Shown: piece by piece, positions 40,871 through 53,482 of the stretch
How positions within the stretch are numbered: the first letter of the stretch is position 1
Layout of the letters: each line of letters starts with the position of its first letter
Origin: Octopus vulgaris
Lineage: Eukaryota
Reading direction: 5' to 3'
Assembly: GCA_951406725.2 (NCBI GenBank)
Contig: OX597817.1
Span: 106,020,001 to 106,084,000, forward strand
Length of the DNA stretch: 64,000 nt
Translations under genes and position numbers: made by a program
The notes under the pieces: generated by a model
What the model was told of the DNA's origin: nothing
Databases searched by the model: none
Seen by the model: the letters and a program-made list of their open reading frames with translations, nothing else

Positions 40871-40971
40871 GTTTTTCTTTGTGTCACTTGTCCTGTTTTC
40901 CATTTTTTTCTCTCATTGTTTGTGCATTTAACTCATATATATATATATATATATATATGGTATATATATAT

Positions 40972-41017
<46 letters not shown>

Positions 41018-41035
41018 ATATATATATATACCATA

Positions 41036-41376
41036 TGGTAAGGGTAAAGACCCCCTTCGGTCATGAATGACCATGGGATTGCACCTAGAAAGTTACCCTC
41101 CTAGACACAAGTCTGGGCAAGGTTGTTTTTATGGAAGGCCAGCAGTCGCCCATGCATACCAGCCTCCCTCTCCATGCCACCAGTGTTATCCAAGGGAAAG
41201 ACAAAGGTCGATACAGCTTGGCACCAGTGACGTCGCAACTCATTTCTACAGCTGAGTGAACTGGAGCAACGTGAAATAAAGTGCCTTGCACGAGAACACA
41301 ACACGCAGCCCGGTCCGGGATTCGAGCTCACAACCTCACGATCGTAAGCTCAACGCTCTAACCACTGAGCCATGCG
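41036..41376 (-). mobile_element. tRNA-headed SINE family B, young
   Basis: Minus-strand head gcatggctcagtggttagagcg…gagctcgaatcc has A and B boxes. Colinear with 9598-9915 and CpG-rich. Confidence 0.9.
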
Positions 41377-41392
41377 GTATATATATATATAT

Positions 41393-41524
41393 ATTTATTT
41401 TATAGAAGGAGCTTCTACAGGACTAGAACTGTTTCATTCAAAAGAAATCATCAGGAAGCTTCCTGATGATTTCTTTTGAATGAAACAGTTCTAGTCCTGT
41501 AGAAGCTCCTTCTATAAAATAAAT
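41393..41524. repeat. Perfect 132-bp palindrome (no spacer) encoding a hammerhead motif on each strand
   Basis: Two 66-bp arms centred on GAAG|CTTC (41458/41459), checked base by base. Confidence 0.95.
41457..41507 (+). ncRNA. Type I hammerhead ribozyme motif (identical mirror copy at 41410-41460, minus)
   Basis: Reads AGCUUC-CUGAUGA-U-UUC-UUUU-GAA-U-GAA-ACAG-UUCUAGUC-CUGU-A-GAAGCU. Stem I is 6 bp, stem II is 3 bp with a U.U at 10.1-11.1, stem III is 4 bp, and the triplet is GUA. Confidence 0.75.
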
Positions 41525-41824
41525 TAATTTACTCTGCTATGTATTGAGTACCTTATTTACTGTGGTTAACCCCGACTCAACCCGGGACCTACATATATAT
41601 ATATATATATATACATATATATGGTACATATTTTCTTTTTCTCCTTTTATTCTGTTATTTATTTCAGTCATTTGACAACTGCCATGTTGGAGCACCACCT
41701 TCAGTTGAACAAATTGACCCCAGAACTTATTCTTTGCAAGCCTAGTACTCATTCTATTGGTCGCTTTTTGTCGAACTACTACGTTACAGGGATGTACATA
41801 TTTACCACACAGCCACTCCTATGC

Positions 41825-41896
<72 letters not shown>

Positions 41897-41928
41897 ATAT
41901 ATATATATATACACACACACACATATGT

Positions 41929-41969
<41 letters not shown>

Positions 41970-42164
41970 TACACATATTTATATATATGGTACATACATA
42001 ATATATGGTACATACATATATGGTACCCACCCATGCCAGCATGGAAGGCAGACGTTAAATGATGATGGTACATATACATATGATACACACACACATATAT
42101 ATGTGCATGTATGTGTCTGTCTGTCTGTATGAGTGTGTTAATTTTTTAATTAATCATCTCCATA

Positions 42165-42870
42165 ACTGCCACTGCTACTAATATAATGGCAACAACCATC
42201 AATCCTAACACAACTATCATCACCACCACCACCACCACCACTGCCACCATTACTACAATCATTGCTACCACAACCATCTTCCCACCTCCTCCATCAGTAA
42301 CCACCCACTATAATCAACCCTAACACCGCCACCACTTCTACCACCTTGACCACCACTAACTCTACCTCAACCCAAACTCACCAAACTCAGCCTGCCAAAA
42401 CTATCTTCATGAATTCCAACACCACCACCACCACCACCATCAATCTTACTAAAACCATAAACACAACCACTACCACCACCTACCTCCACCACAATTATCC
42501 TCACTGCCACCACCATCATCACTACAACAACTCTCACCATCATCACCGCCTTCATTACCAAGAATACCATTACTGCCATCGACCCTACCAGAACCCCAAT
42601 ACCCATTGAATTATGATCATCATCACGTCACAATTACTGTCATTAACATCATCATCATCATCATCATCATTTTATTTCATCTAACTCCCAAACCATCACC
42701 AGTGTTTCACATCATCATCATCATCATAGTCGTCTTCACTGAAATGGCTGTGGTGTTGGTGGTGGTGGTGGTGGTGGTGGTGGCAGAGATGATAGCCTAC
42801 CATGATTAACCATCATTATCATTCTCTCGCCACCATTACCGCCTGCATCCTCATCAGCATTACCATAGTC
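42165..42870. repeat. Degenerate (CAC/CAT/TAC)n low-complexity tract
   Basis: Seen directly; it produces Thr/His-rich spurious ORFs. Confidence 0.9.
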
Positions 42871-43069
42871 ATAAACCTAACATGTGGCGGCAGCGACAAC
42901 GACAACGGCAGTGTCATGTTGAATAGACACTAATTATTTTCAAATATAATTTGTGCTGAGCTTTAAGATATGCCAGGCATTTCAACAAACAAGTAATAAT
43001 CTTGCATTAGAATTACCTAAATAAATCGACAAATAGCAAGACTAAGAATTATTTCTCCTAATAAATAAA

Positions 43070-43110
43070 TAAATACACACATACATATATATATATAAAT
43101 ATATATATAT

Positions 43111-43142
<32 letters not shown>

Positions 43143-43199
43143 TGTATGTATGTGTGTATGGTATGTATGTATATATATATATATACATATATATATGTG

Positions 43200-43262
<63 letters not shown>

Positions 43263-43349
43263 TCATCATCATCATTTAGAGTCCGTTTTCCATGCTAGCA
43301 TGGGTTGGACTGTATATGTATATATATATGGGTTGTCATATGAACTAAA

Positions 43350-43399
<50 letters not shown>

Positions 43400-43483
43400 C
43401 ATACATATACATATATATACATATATATATATATATATACATATACATGTACACACATATATATATATATATATATATACATA

Positions 43484-43533
<50 letters not shown>

Positions 43534-43833
43534 CATATGTACATATATATATATACACACACATATATATATACACACACACATATATATATACATATAC
43601 ATATATATAGGCACATATATTCATACATATGTTTAAATAGGCACATATATACATACATATATATAGATACAGATATATATAAATACATACATATACATAT
43701 ACATATAATATATATATGTATATATATACACACATTTATATATATACATATATGGCTCAAATTTATTGTGAGTGCCCTTCTTTCATTTGTCCACTCACTT
43801 GTATATGTATACATATATATATGTATGCACATA

Positions 43834-43885
<52 letters not shown>

Positions 43886-44030
43886 CATATGTATATGTGT
43901 GTGTATGCATCTATATGTGTGTGTGTGTATGTTTGTGTGTGTGTGTATGTGTGTGTGTGTGTGTGTGCACGCGTGTATATGTGCGTGTGTATGTGTGTGT
44001 GTGCATGCGTGCCTGTGTGTGTGTGTGTGT
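43070..44030. repeat. ~1-kb mosaic (TA)/(TATG)/(TG) microsatellite with a short RTE 3' tip at 43261-43310
   Basis: Seen directly; it is the source of the 306-aa YI-rich ORF. Confidence 0.95.
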
Positions 44031-44634
44031 TTGAAATTTATTCCTATGGCATCCCAAGCTAAAATCACATTTGAATCTGTAAGAGAGGAAACAAAGAAAG
44101 GCAGGAAAGAAAAATAGGAAGCCTAAAAGAATAATGTGGTGGCAATAGATAGAAAAAGGAAAGAAATTTGGTAAGGAGACAATCTAAAAGATATCAATAT
44201 TTGCTAAGTAACTCAAGCATATTGATGAACACAACAGACAGCAATAGACTGCTGACTTTTGCATTTTACTGGAAATGTCTTTAGAATATCATTTTGCCAT
44301 CAGCAGTCATCTTTGTCAACTCTGTAAAATATCATCAATACTATTTAGTGTTTTCAGCAGCAGACCAAGCAGATCTAACTGTCCTGTTCCAGTCTTCTGC
44401 TGCTTCAGCAGTAGCAATGCCATTTTTGTTGATGCTAGCAGATATCTTTTTACTAATCTATTGTTCCACACTCTATTGTTCTCTATTTCTGAAGAAATGT
44501 GTGAAAAAATAAGAATATCTTAGCATGCTTAAACACTGTTAATTTAGAATCATAATAAAAATTCCACTCTTCAATGGATATCACACCATTTAAACAGTGA
44601 CTGCTTTACTAGATTTAAGACACTATCCTATAGA

Positions 44635-44713
<79 letters not shown>

Positions 44714-44760
44714 TATATTTCTCTTTTTCGCTCACTCCCTCTCACCCTCTCTCTCTCTCC

Positions 44761-44852
<92 letters not shown>

Positions 44853-45578
44853 ATGCGCGTGCATGTGTGTGTGTAGTCAAGAGAATTTTGATATAAAGTT
44901 TTAAACATATATACACAAGGAAACAAAATTGTATATAAAAGTAAACTCCAATGATTATATGAATATTGAAATACTATCATATATGCTGTGTTGTGTTTTA
45001 AAAACTCCTCTTTTGAGTGAAATCAAAACAATACATAGTTTTAAAAGATTACAGTATATGAACAGAGAAAGAAATTAGTGCTACATATAATGATAAAACA
45101 GCTGAATGTGTAAAGAAAATGACATTTCCATTGTTATAATTGTAGTTTCAGATCTATATCTATCAAAATGATAACCATATGTAAAAAGAAATGAATACTT
45201 GAAGTGTCATTTAATTAGTTGATTCTAAAAAAAAGTTCTTTATAACATGCAATAAAATAGAAAACATAACTAAAAATCTTTTCCTGAAAAAAAAAATGCA
45301 ATTAAATCTTTCATTAAAATTTTGAGTTAAAATTTGTTTTTTTTTTAAATATTAAAGTAATGACACTGAGAGAAGGAAAAAAAAAACTTTTTAATTGTGG
45401 ATTATAAAATTTCCTACTGGTCCCTTTTCAACTAAGCACAGTAGGAAACAATGACAAAGAATATCATCTGTCAACTAATTATATAAATTAGACAACTCTA
45501 ATCAGGAAATATATTGAAGGATCTGCTTATTCTTGTAGTGACAATTTATTTGCCTAAGTAGTTTACATTTGATGAACA

Positions 45579-45690
45579 GGAAGAATATTGCCCCCTTTCC
45601 ATTTTAAGGCAGCAGCCTGGAAGAATATTGCCCCCTTTCTATTGAATTGGAAGTTGTTTGAAAGAATATTGCCCCCTTCTGTTTTATGGT
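45579..45690. repeat. Three-copy ~40-bp minisatellite with conserved AAGAATATTGCCCCCTT core
   Basis: Cores start at 45581, 45621 and 45662. The intervening segments are diverged but related. Confidence 0.85.
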
Positions 45691-46989
45691 AATGATTGTT
45701 TCCTTTTGCTACAAACAGTGAAGGGACTCTTTAACAAAACAGTAAGGGCCCAGCTAGTAAGTAATAAAGGCTCAGTGATGAAGAAGATAAAAACAGAATA
45801 ATGTAGTCAGTAAGAACAAAATTCACCTTTGTTGAATTTAAAATAATCTTTTGCTATTTCTTAAATAATTTTTTACCATCTTTTATCATTTCTTTAGTTT
45901 TGTATAAAGAACATGTATAGATTTTTATCAAACTGGAATTGGTAAACAGGCTAATATGTTTGGATTTAAGATCTAATATGAGAAGAATAAATAGATAATT
46001 CTAGACAATGTTAAACAAAAACATAATTTTTTTTTAAATGAGAGACAGAGAGAAATTAAGCATTTTATATAAAATGGACAAAAAATTGGAAATGATTTGA
46101 GAAAATATGAAATGTTGGTGCAGAATCAAAGACCATGTTCACTTTATGAGATAAGAAACATGAAAGGAATGGAAAGTTGTCACCCAGACAAATAGAAAGA
46201 ATAACAAAGAGAAAATATATGATAGAATGAAATAAATATTTTAAAGCAAATTGAAGAATAAAAAGGAAAAAATATTTAAATTTGCTTACATTTGAATAAA
46301 TTGTCTTTTATCTGATTGACTTTTCTTTTTTTTAATGATGGATACCTGTTGCTACAGGCAAAAGGTAATGAATGAAGCACGTTCTCAACAGTAGTTTATC
46401 TATCTCCACTGGAGTTTAGCTCTGTTTAGTGAAAGGCACTAAGAGCATTAACAAGCGAGAGAGACTGTTGAGAAGGAATATTGAGGGGTTCAACAGAAAG
46501 ATGTGGAGAAGATTTTGCTGAAGCAAGGGTGGGGAGATAGAAATTATTTACTTACTTTCCCAGTAGCCAGTTATAATGCTCCTTTCAATAAGGTTTCTCA
46601 AAGAGCTCCAAATAGCATCCACAGAGGGAAGCATGAACAATTCTGTGTAGTTCAGAAGAGTACAGTGGCAGGCAGCAGATTCTAGAGAGTAGCAGCAGCA
46701 GTAGTAGCAGAATTAAGAAAAGAGAGAAGAAAAGAAATACCTAGGGAAAAAGAGAAAGTTTGGGATAGTGCAAGAGAGAGAAGAGATGAGCAAGGAAAAG
46801 GAAGAATGAAGAGAAGTAGATGGAGTGAAAGGAGGAGAAGAATCTTCAAGTAACAGCTGCCTTGAATAGCAATAATGATGGTAGTAGTGACAGTAGTAAC
46901 GATGGTTGGTTGTGATAATGATAGTAGTGGGATAATACACGGATGTGAGTGCTGATGATTACATGGCCATGGAGAAGGAATATACTGAT

Positions 46990-47375
46990 GCTAGTTGTAG
47001 AAGCAGTAATACTAAGATAACTGTCCAGCTTATGGACATTTACTAAGTAGGCTGGTATTTTACCAGCTTATGTTTATTAAGACCTACAATAAATTACAAT
47101 ACTTTAATGTTTGTGTCAATCCTTTCTTTAGCTTTAAATACACACCACTATACTAGAATTCAGCAAAATCACTCAAAATCACATGTATTTTATTAGATTA
47201 TGGTGAGTCAACATCACTGATCTACATACATCCGAACAAGTGAATGTAATTTGTCTTAATAATATTTCTTATAGAGGTGTGAGAATCTGAGATATTCATA
47301 CAAGGAAATTGCAAAGTTGCAACATTACCCAGGGCTCTGAAGATGCAAATTAAGCAAGATGTGTCCAACTGGAAA
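46990..47375 (+). pseudogene. Decayed Penelope-like element 3' end: GIY-YIG endonuclease remnant followed by an HHR remnant
   Basis: Across frameshifts it reads SCR..KDNCPAYGHLLSRLVFYQ (46993-47065), YIRTSECNL…YFL (~47227-47270) and SEIF (47286-47297). The order and spacing resemble PLE endonuclease motifs (CNCR…CPL.G.CL…VVY; Y…S..CNLCL.EK..I; RSE.). CTGAAGA-TGC…GCA…GTC follows at 47337-47365. Confidence 0.5.
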
Positions 47376-47662
47376 TTGAAACTTAGATTTTGGAATCAGC
47401 TTGTTAAGATCTTATAATCTTACTATAAGGGGAAGAATAACTTTACATCAGCATTTTCATAAGTAAAGCTTTTATTAAAACTCTCATCAAGACACATTAC
47501 ACACAACCATATCCAGCTCCACCAACCCAACTCACCTCAATAATTATTACTTTCACTTATCAAAATTATTAATTATTCTAATTAGAAATTGTTGTAAATA
47601 CTTGCAATGAAAGTTTTCAAAGGCATACAGTTCACCAATGAAGAAAATTTCCACAATTATAA

Positions 47663-48572
47663 CCCTTTAGCATTTAATCCAGCCATATCTGGCCCAAATA
47701 TTCTACCTGTTTTATGTTAAAACTGACCAAATCCAACTTCTCACACCTATCCTACAATGTCTTTCTCAAAATATACAAACACATCATTGAAATCTTGAAG
47801 CTACAAAATAATGCGAGATTAATTCAAAGAAATGTGAATAAATAAGCAATACATTTGACAAAAAAATCAGAATGCTAAAGGGTTCATATTCTAACCATTT
47901 TGACACCAACCCAACAGAGACCATCTCTGATTCAATGATACAAAAACTTCCAACTTTAACTCTTTAGCATTCTAAAAGTAATGCTTATTTATTCATATTG
48001 CTTTTGAATTAATCGTGCATTATTTCATAGCTTTGAGATTTTGATCATTGATTTTTTTTTATTTTTAAAATAAGCTTGTAGGGTAAGTGTGAGAGACTGG
48101 ATCTGGCCAGTTTGAAAATAAAGGAGAGAGAATACTTTGGCCAGATACAGCCAGTTTAAATGCTAAAGGGTTAACTAGTTTATAATTAAATTAAAACCTA
48201 TCATAATTTAATGTAATAACCTCTTCATAGGTCATATTCTTATAACTGGCTTAGCAAGAAATGCAACTTATTTTAATAAACCCTTCCAAATTTACTATTA
48301 TTTTCAAAATTAACTAAAATGTAGGTAATGTATTTTATTTGAAATATAGTCACAAAAGGGCTTTAATATTTAAACCGGCCATATCTGGCCTGGATATTCA
48401 ATTTTATGCTCCAACTTGCCAGATCTCACTTCTTACACCTACCCTACAATGTCATTCTTATGATATACAATCATATCATTGAAATTTAAGAGCTACAAGT
48501 AAGGGATGAATATTCAAAATAATGTGAGTTAATAAGCATTATATTTGACCAAGTAATCTGAATGCTAAAAGG
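47663..48572. mobile_element. Nest of piggyBac-type MITEs: three ~215-bp copies of one family (47663-47882 +, 47960-48170 -, 48361-48572 +) and a second family (47895-48360)
   Basis: TIRs CCCTTTAGCATT / AATGCTAAAGGG. The middle copy has TTAA on both sides (47956-59, 48171-74). The second family has CCATTTTG…CAAAAGGG ends. Confidence 0.8.
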
Positions 48573-48814
48573 TTAAAGAAGTTTTTGGTAAAGTTAGTAA
48601 GTCTTTGCAGCTAGATTTATTAGATTTAGGAAGGTGGTTTTAATTGTCAAATCTTCAGATTTAAAAACTGTATTTAATTGTCGGCAATTATTCTTGATTA
48701 TTATCATTTTACTATTACACATTATAACACCATTTTTACTATCTTTTTTTCCTTTCCATCATTTTTACACTTAATGCAAACAAAATTGTATACATTTATA
48801 TTCTTTAATTACTA

Positions 48815-49335
48815 AACTGGGCACATCTGTACACATCCACACTATCTGATACCTTAAATGTTTCCAACTTTACACTCAACTGTCTCATTAGTATACATCT
48901 GCACATACTAATAGCTCATCTATATACATACACACCATGTAATGCCTTAACTATTAACATCTATTCATTCTGATGGCTGTCTGTACATGTCTATATATTT
49001 TAATACCTTATTTGTATATATCCACACTAATTAATATCTTATTAGTACACATCTACACATACTGAAGACTTATCTGTACATATCTATTTGCTCTAATTTA
49101 TCTGTACAGATCTGTATAATCTAATGCCTTATATGTACACAGTTACACCATCTAATGCCTTATCTGTACACATTTATATCAGCTAATGCTTTCATATAAT
49201 GCCATATCTTCACACATCTAAACACTCTAACAGATAATCTGTACATAACAATTCCATAATTATCTTACCTGTACTCTTTGATACTATACAATAATACTTT
49301 ACCTGTGAAACATCTATACACTCTTAATACCTTAT
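48815..49335. repeat. Degenerate ~28-bp minisatellite (ctgtacacatctacactctaatgcctta-like)
   Basis: Recurring tatctgtacacatctac…taat.cctta units. Confidence 0.75.
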
Positions 49336-49559
49336 TGGTAAAGATATAAACGCTGTAATTCAGACTCATTCAGATTGAACACAAATACACAGAGAAATAG
49401 ATATTAAGTTGATGATTAATCATATAGAATTTAATTTCATGATAATATTAAGAATTTATATATATATATTTGTATTTATTTTATCATATGTATCTTGCTA
49501 AGTGTCTCTATGGAACAGAAATATTGAGAATGTACAGAGCAATGGAAAAGAGGAAGAGT

Positions 49560-49905
49560 ACAGATGACTTTGAAATGTGAATCTTTTGTACATTGGGTAG
49601 AATAACCTGGAAAGACAGGTTCAAAAATGCTGCAGTACTAGAAAAGTTGAAAATCCAAAGACACCTATTTTTGAGTCCACAAAGCTATCATATTTTGGAC
49701 AGATGATGCACCATGAGTCATTGTGGCCCAACACCATCCTGACAGGAATTGTGGAAGGGAAGAGAGAAGGATGTGTGTCAAAGACATCAAAGAATGAACC
49801 AGAAACAAGAGCCTAGATAATTGCATGCAGCACAGCACAGAAGGAACTGCAGAGTCTTGGCAAGTCAACCCCTGAATATAGGGAGGGTACCTGGTTGATG
49901 ATGTA
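49560..49905 (+). mobile_element. Old RTE-clade LINE 3' fragment (different family)
   Basis: Translates to LSYFGQMMHHESLWPNTILTGIVEGKR…KDIKE, an RTE/BovB-type RT C-terminus, and ends in gatgat. Confidence 0.65.
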
Positions 49906-50394
49906 TTTTGCATTTTGAAAAGATACACTATATTCCTGTGCATTATCAGGAGTGACTAACAGGGTTGGCAACTAGTAGGGAATCCTGTTATAAAACACTT
50001 CCTAAAAAAAAAAATAAAAACCCCATCTCTGCACAGAAAAGCAAACATAAATTGCTCTAGTTGATGATGATGATGTATATTTATTGCCAAAGTCTGCTCT
50101 ATAAAATAACTACTATATATATTGACTCATTCATAAGGCAGACAACCTTAATGATATCCTAAAGTTTGCATAGAGAACAGAAGACTTTCAAAATTATACA
50201 TGTGTCACTGTACCTTTATAAAATTCATTCTACCTCTATAACTGTATCTGCCTCTCTCTTACCTCCTGCCTCACTCACTCTCTCAATATAAAATAACTGC
50301 ATTTCTCCAGTTTTATATAAAGTTACCAACATACAAGAAAATTTATCAAGTGGAAGCAAATTTTAACTTTTGTTTATTCAAATCACCAGGATCA

Positions 50395-50910
50395 ACTTTC
50401 TCCTGTCATCCTGAACATCTTCCTCTTCACTCTCCTCATCTTCATGCTCTTCTTCTTCTTCTTCTTCTTTTTCATCTTCTTCTTCTTCTTCTTCTTCTTT
50501 TTCATCTTCTTCTTCTTCTTCTTCTTCTCCTTCTTCTTCCTACTCTTTATAACTCTCCTATTCCTCTCCTTCATCTTCCTTTTCATTATTCTTCATGCTC
50601 TTCTTCTTTCTCCTGTCATCCTGAACATCTTCCTCTTCACTCTCCTCATCTTCATTCTCTTCTTCTTCTTCTTCTTCCTACTCTTTATAACTCTCCTATT
50701 CCTCTCCTTCATCTTCCTTTTCATTATTCTCCTCCTTGTCATTCTCCCAACATTCTCTTCCTCTTCCTCCCCAACGTTGTCATCTTCCTCAATATCTTTC
50801 TTCATCCTCCTTCTTTTTCCCTTCTCTTTCTCTACCACAACAGCCTCTTTCAGCTTAATATTGACCTTCCCTCCTCCACCCCATTCCTCATCATCAACAT
50901 CACCATCATT
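50395..50910. repeat. Polypyrimidine (CTT)n tract with an internal ~200-bp tandem duplication
   Basis: tttctcctgtcatcctgaacatc… occurs at 50397 and 50607, and cttcctactctttataactc… at 50536 and 50674. Confidence 0.9.
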
Positions 50911-51494
50911 ATAACTTGTTGCTGACAGCCCTGAGTCAGCCTTTACCAAGCAGACATCTAAGATCAATTATTCCACCCACCTTCCTCTCCTTTTGAAAAT
51001 ACAATCAAGTGTGATTTGAGGATGATATGACAACTAGTCCCATCATGTCAAGTGACCAGGTAGCTGCTCCCTTATTGACATGTGTATGGTTTTATCTATT
51101 TTTTTTTTAGTTGCTTCAGGCATTGGACTATTGCCATGCAACACTGCACTGAAGGGTTTGGTGAAACAAATCAACCCCAGTTCTTTGCCAAACCACTAGG
51201 TTATAGGTAATAAGCCAACTCTGATTGTCAAGTGCTGGTGGTGGAGAGAATAAACATGTGGAACATGACTGTCACTACTACTACTACATACACCTGATGA
51301 CTGCACAATGCATGAAAGTACTAGTTTTATCACAATAAATATGTAATATTCTATTATTATATTGTAAAATTGTAAAAATTGCAATTAATAAAACATGAAA
51401 AGCAGACTAGGTTGGGATTTCATTGATTAATAAATTCTTCTATTCACAATCACACAAACTTGGATATCTATCTATCTGTCTGTCTGTCTGTATC

Positions 51495-51535
<41 letters not shown>

Positions 51536-51574
51536 ATATATGTATGTGTGTATATATATATGTATATATGTATA

Positions 51575-51963
51575 GGTGCAGGAGTGGCTGTGTAATAAGT
51601 AGCTTGCTTACCAACCACATGGTTCCAGATTCAGTCCCACTGCATGGCACCTTGGGCAAGTGTCTTCTACTATAGCCTCGGGCCGACCAAAGCCTTGTGA
51701 GTGGATTTTGTAGACAGAAACTGAAAGAAGCCTGTATTATATACATATGTATGTGTGTGAATATGTTTGTGTGTCTGTCCCCCAACATCACTTGACAACC
51801 AATGCTGGTGTGTTTACGTCCCCGTAACTTAGCGGTTCGGCCCAAGAGACTGATAGAATAAGTACTAGGCTTATACAGAATAAGTCCTGGGGTCGATTTG
51901 CTCGACTAAAGGCAGTGCTCCAGCATGGCTGCAATCAAAATGACTGAAACAAGTAAAAGAGAG
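51575..51963 (+). mobile_element. SINE family A, full length
   Basis: Colinear with 22353-22750. Confidence 0.9.
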
Positions 51964-53482
51964 TATATAGATAAATAGACAGAGAGAGAGAGTTTCATCA
52001 AAGCCTTGAATATGAAGTGCAAATTTTCAGGTACTCAACTATGAGTCCACTGCATCTTATGGTAGAAACAGCTGTAAGCTAATGAAGTTGATAAGATGAT
52101 CCTTTATCCTTTTGTCATATCGCTTTCTTACATATGTATATGTTAGTCAACAAATAAGATACAGAGTTGCTCAATATAGAAAACACTTAGTAACACTCAA
52201 ATGGTTTGAACATACACTCTGAAGTCTTTACTAAGGACTAAGTCCATGGGGTAAAGGGTGGGTATAAGAGGAATCTAGTTGAGCAGATATGGAGATAATG
52301 ATGCAAATAAACAAATAAAACTGGATATATAAAATATACATACATACATATATATACATACACACACACACACACACACACAATGGGCTTCCATACAGTT
52401 TTTGTCCACTAAATTCACTCTCAAAGTAATGGTCAACCCAGGGTTATAGTAGAATATGCTTGTCTACAGTGCCATACAATGGAACTGAACCCTAAATTAC
52501 ATGGCTACAAAGCAAGCTTCTCAACCACACCATCATACTTGTGTGTGTGTATATATATATTCTAAAAACACCCATTATACTCCTGGAAGGGCATCCAGCT
52601 GTAAAAACCATGCCAAATCAGACTGGAACCTGGTGCAGTTCTCCAGCTCAACAGCTCCAGTCAAACCATCTAACCCATGCTAGCATGGAGAGTGAATGTT
52701 AAATGATGATGATGATGATGATGATTCTGAGTTCTAGTCCTGCAGCCATGCTGCCTGCATTCATGTTAATTTGTCTATGTTGTTAGAAAATGTAAATGTA
52801 AGCAAAATAGCCTCAACCATTCTCAAATGACATTTAATTCTTTCATCCTACTTTTTTGACAGCTTATTTTCATCCTTCACATACAAGCATGCAAGCAAAC
52901 ATGCATACAAATACATATATGTGCAGATTCTTACTTACAAATGTATATCATATGTACATTCTTGCATATGTATATGTAAATGCACACACATATTCATAGA
53001 AATACATACATGTGCAGATTCATACTTACACATGTATATGTATGTATATCAGAACAATATAACACAAGGATGGAGGATATCAGGCTTAAATAGTAAATCA
53101 CAACATTTGTTTCTGCACTGCACACCAGCTTTAAGTTGCTGAGTTTATATTCATATACCATTATACAAGATTATTCTTTATAATTACTATATAGTTGAAT
53201 ATTTTTAAGCAACAAACATGTGTGGGCGCTTCATTGAGTGGAATGTATATATGTATGTACATGTACATATATACACTCATATACACACATATATATATAT
53301 ACATACATACACACATACATGCAATAATATGCCCATCACTCTGTGGAGGGAGTTAGTGAGTATATATTTTCATGTATATCTACTATGATAGGTACACTGG
53401 ACTATGTAACAACTAATTTGCATAAAAGCTTGAAAATGCTGTGGTTTTCCCATGAAAGAACAAAGTAAACAAAATAAATATA

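Noticed and set aside
42346-42809. Thr/His-rich mucin-like ORFs
   Set aside because: Degenerate trinucleotide repeat tract with no splice or domain evidence.
43114-44034. 306-aa ORF and the many other MYVC/YIYI/HTHT/CVCV ORFs
   Set aside because: They are translations of (TA)n, (TG)n and (TACA)n microsatellites, which lack stop codons; they are not genes.
45579-45690. CRISPR-like repeat-spacer pattern
   Set aside because: There are only three units, the spacers are ~20 bp and related to each other, there are no cas genes, and the context is eukaryotic. Treated as a minisatellite.
50350-50967. Leu/Phe- or Lys-rich ORFs of 124-191 aa
   Set aside because: They are products of the (CTT)n low-complexity tract.
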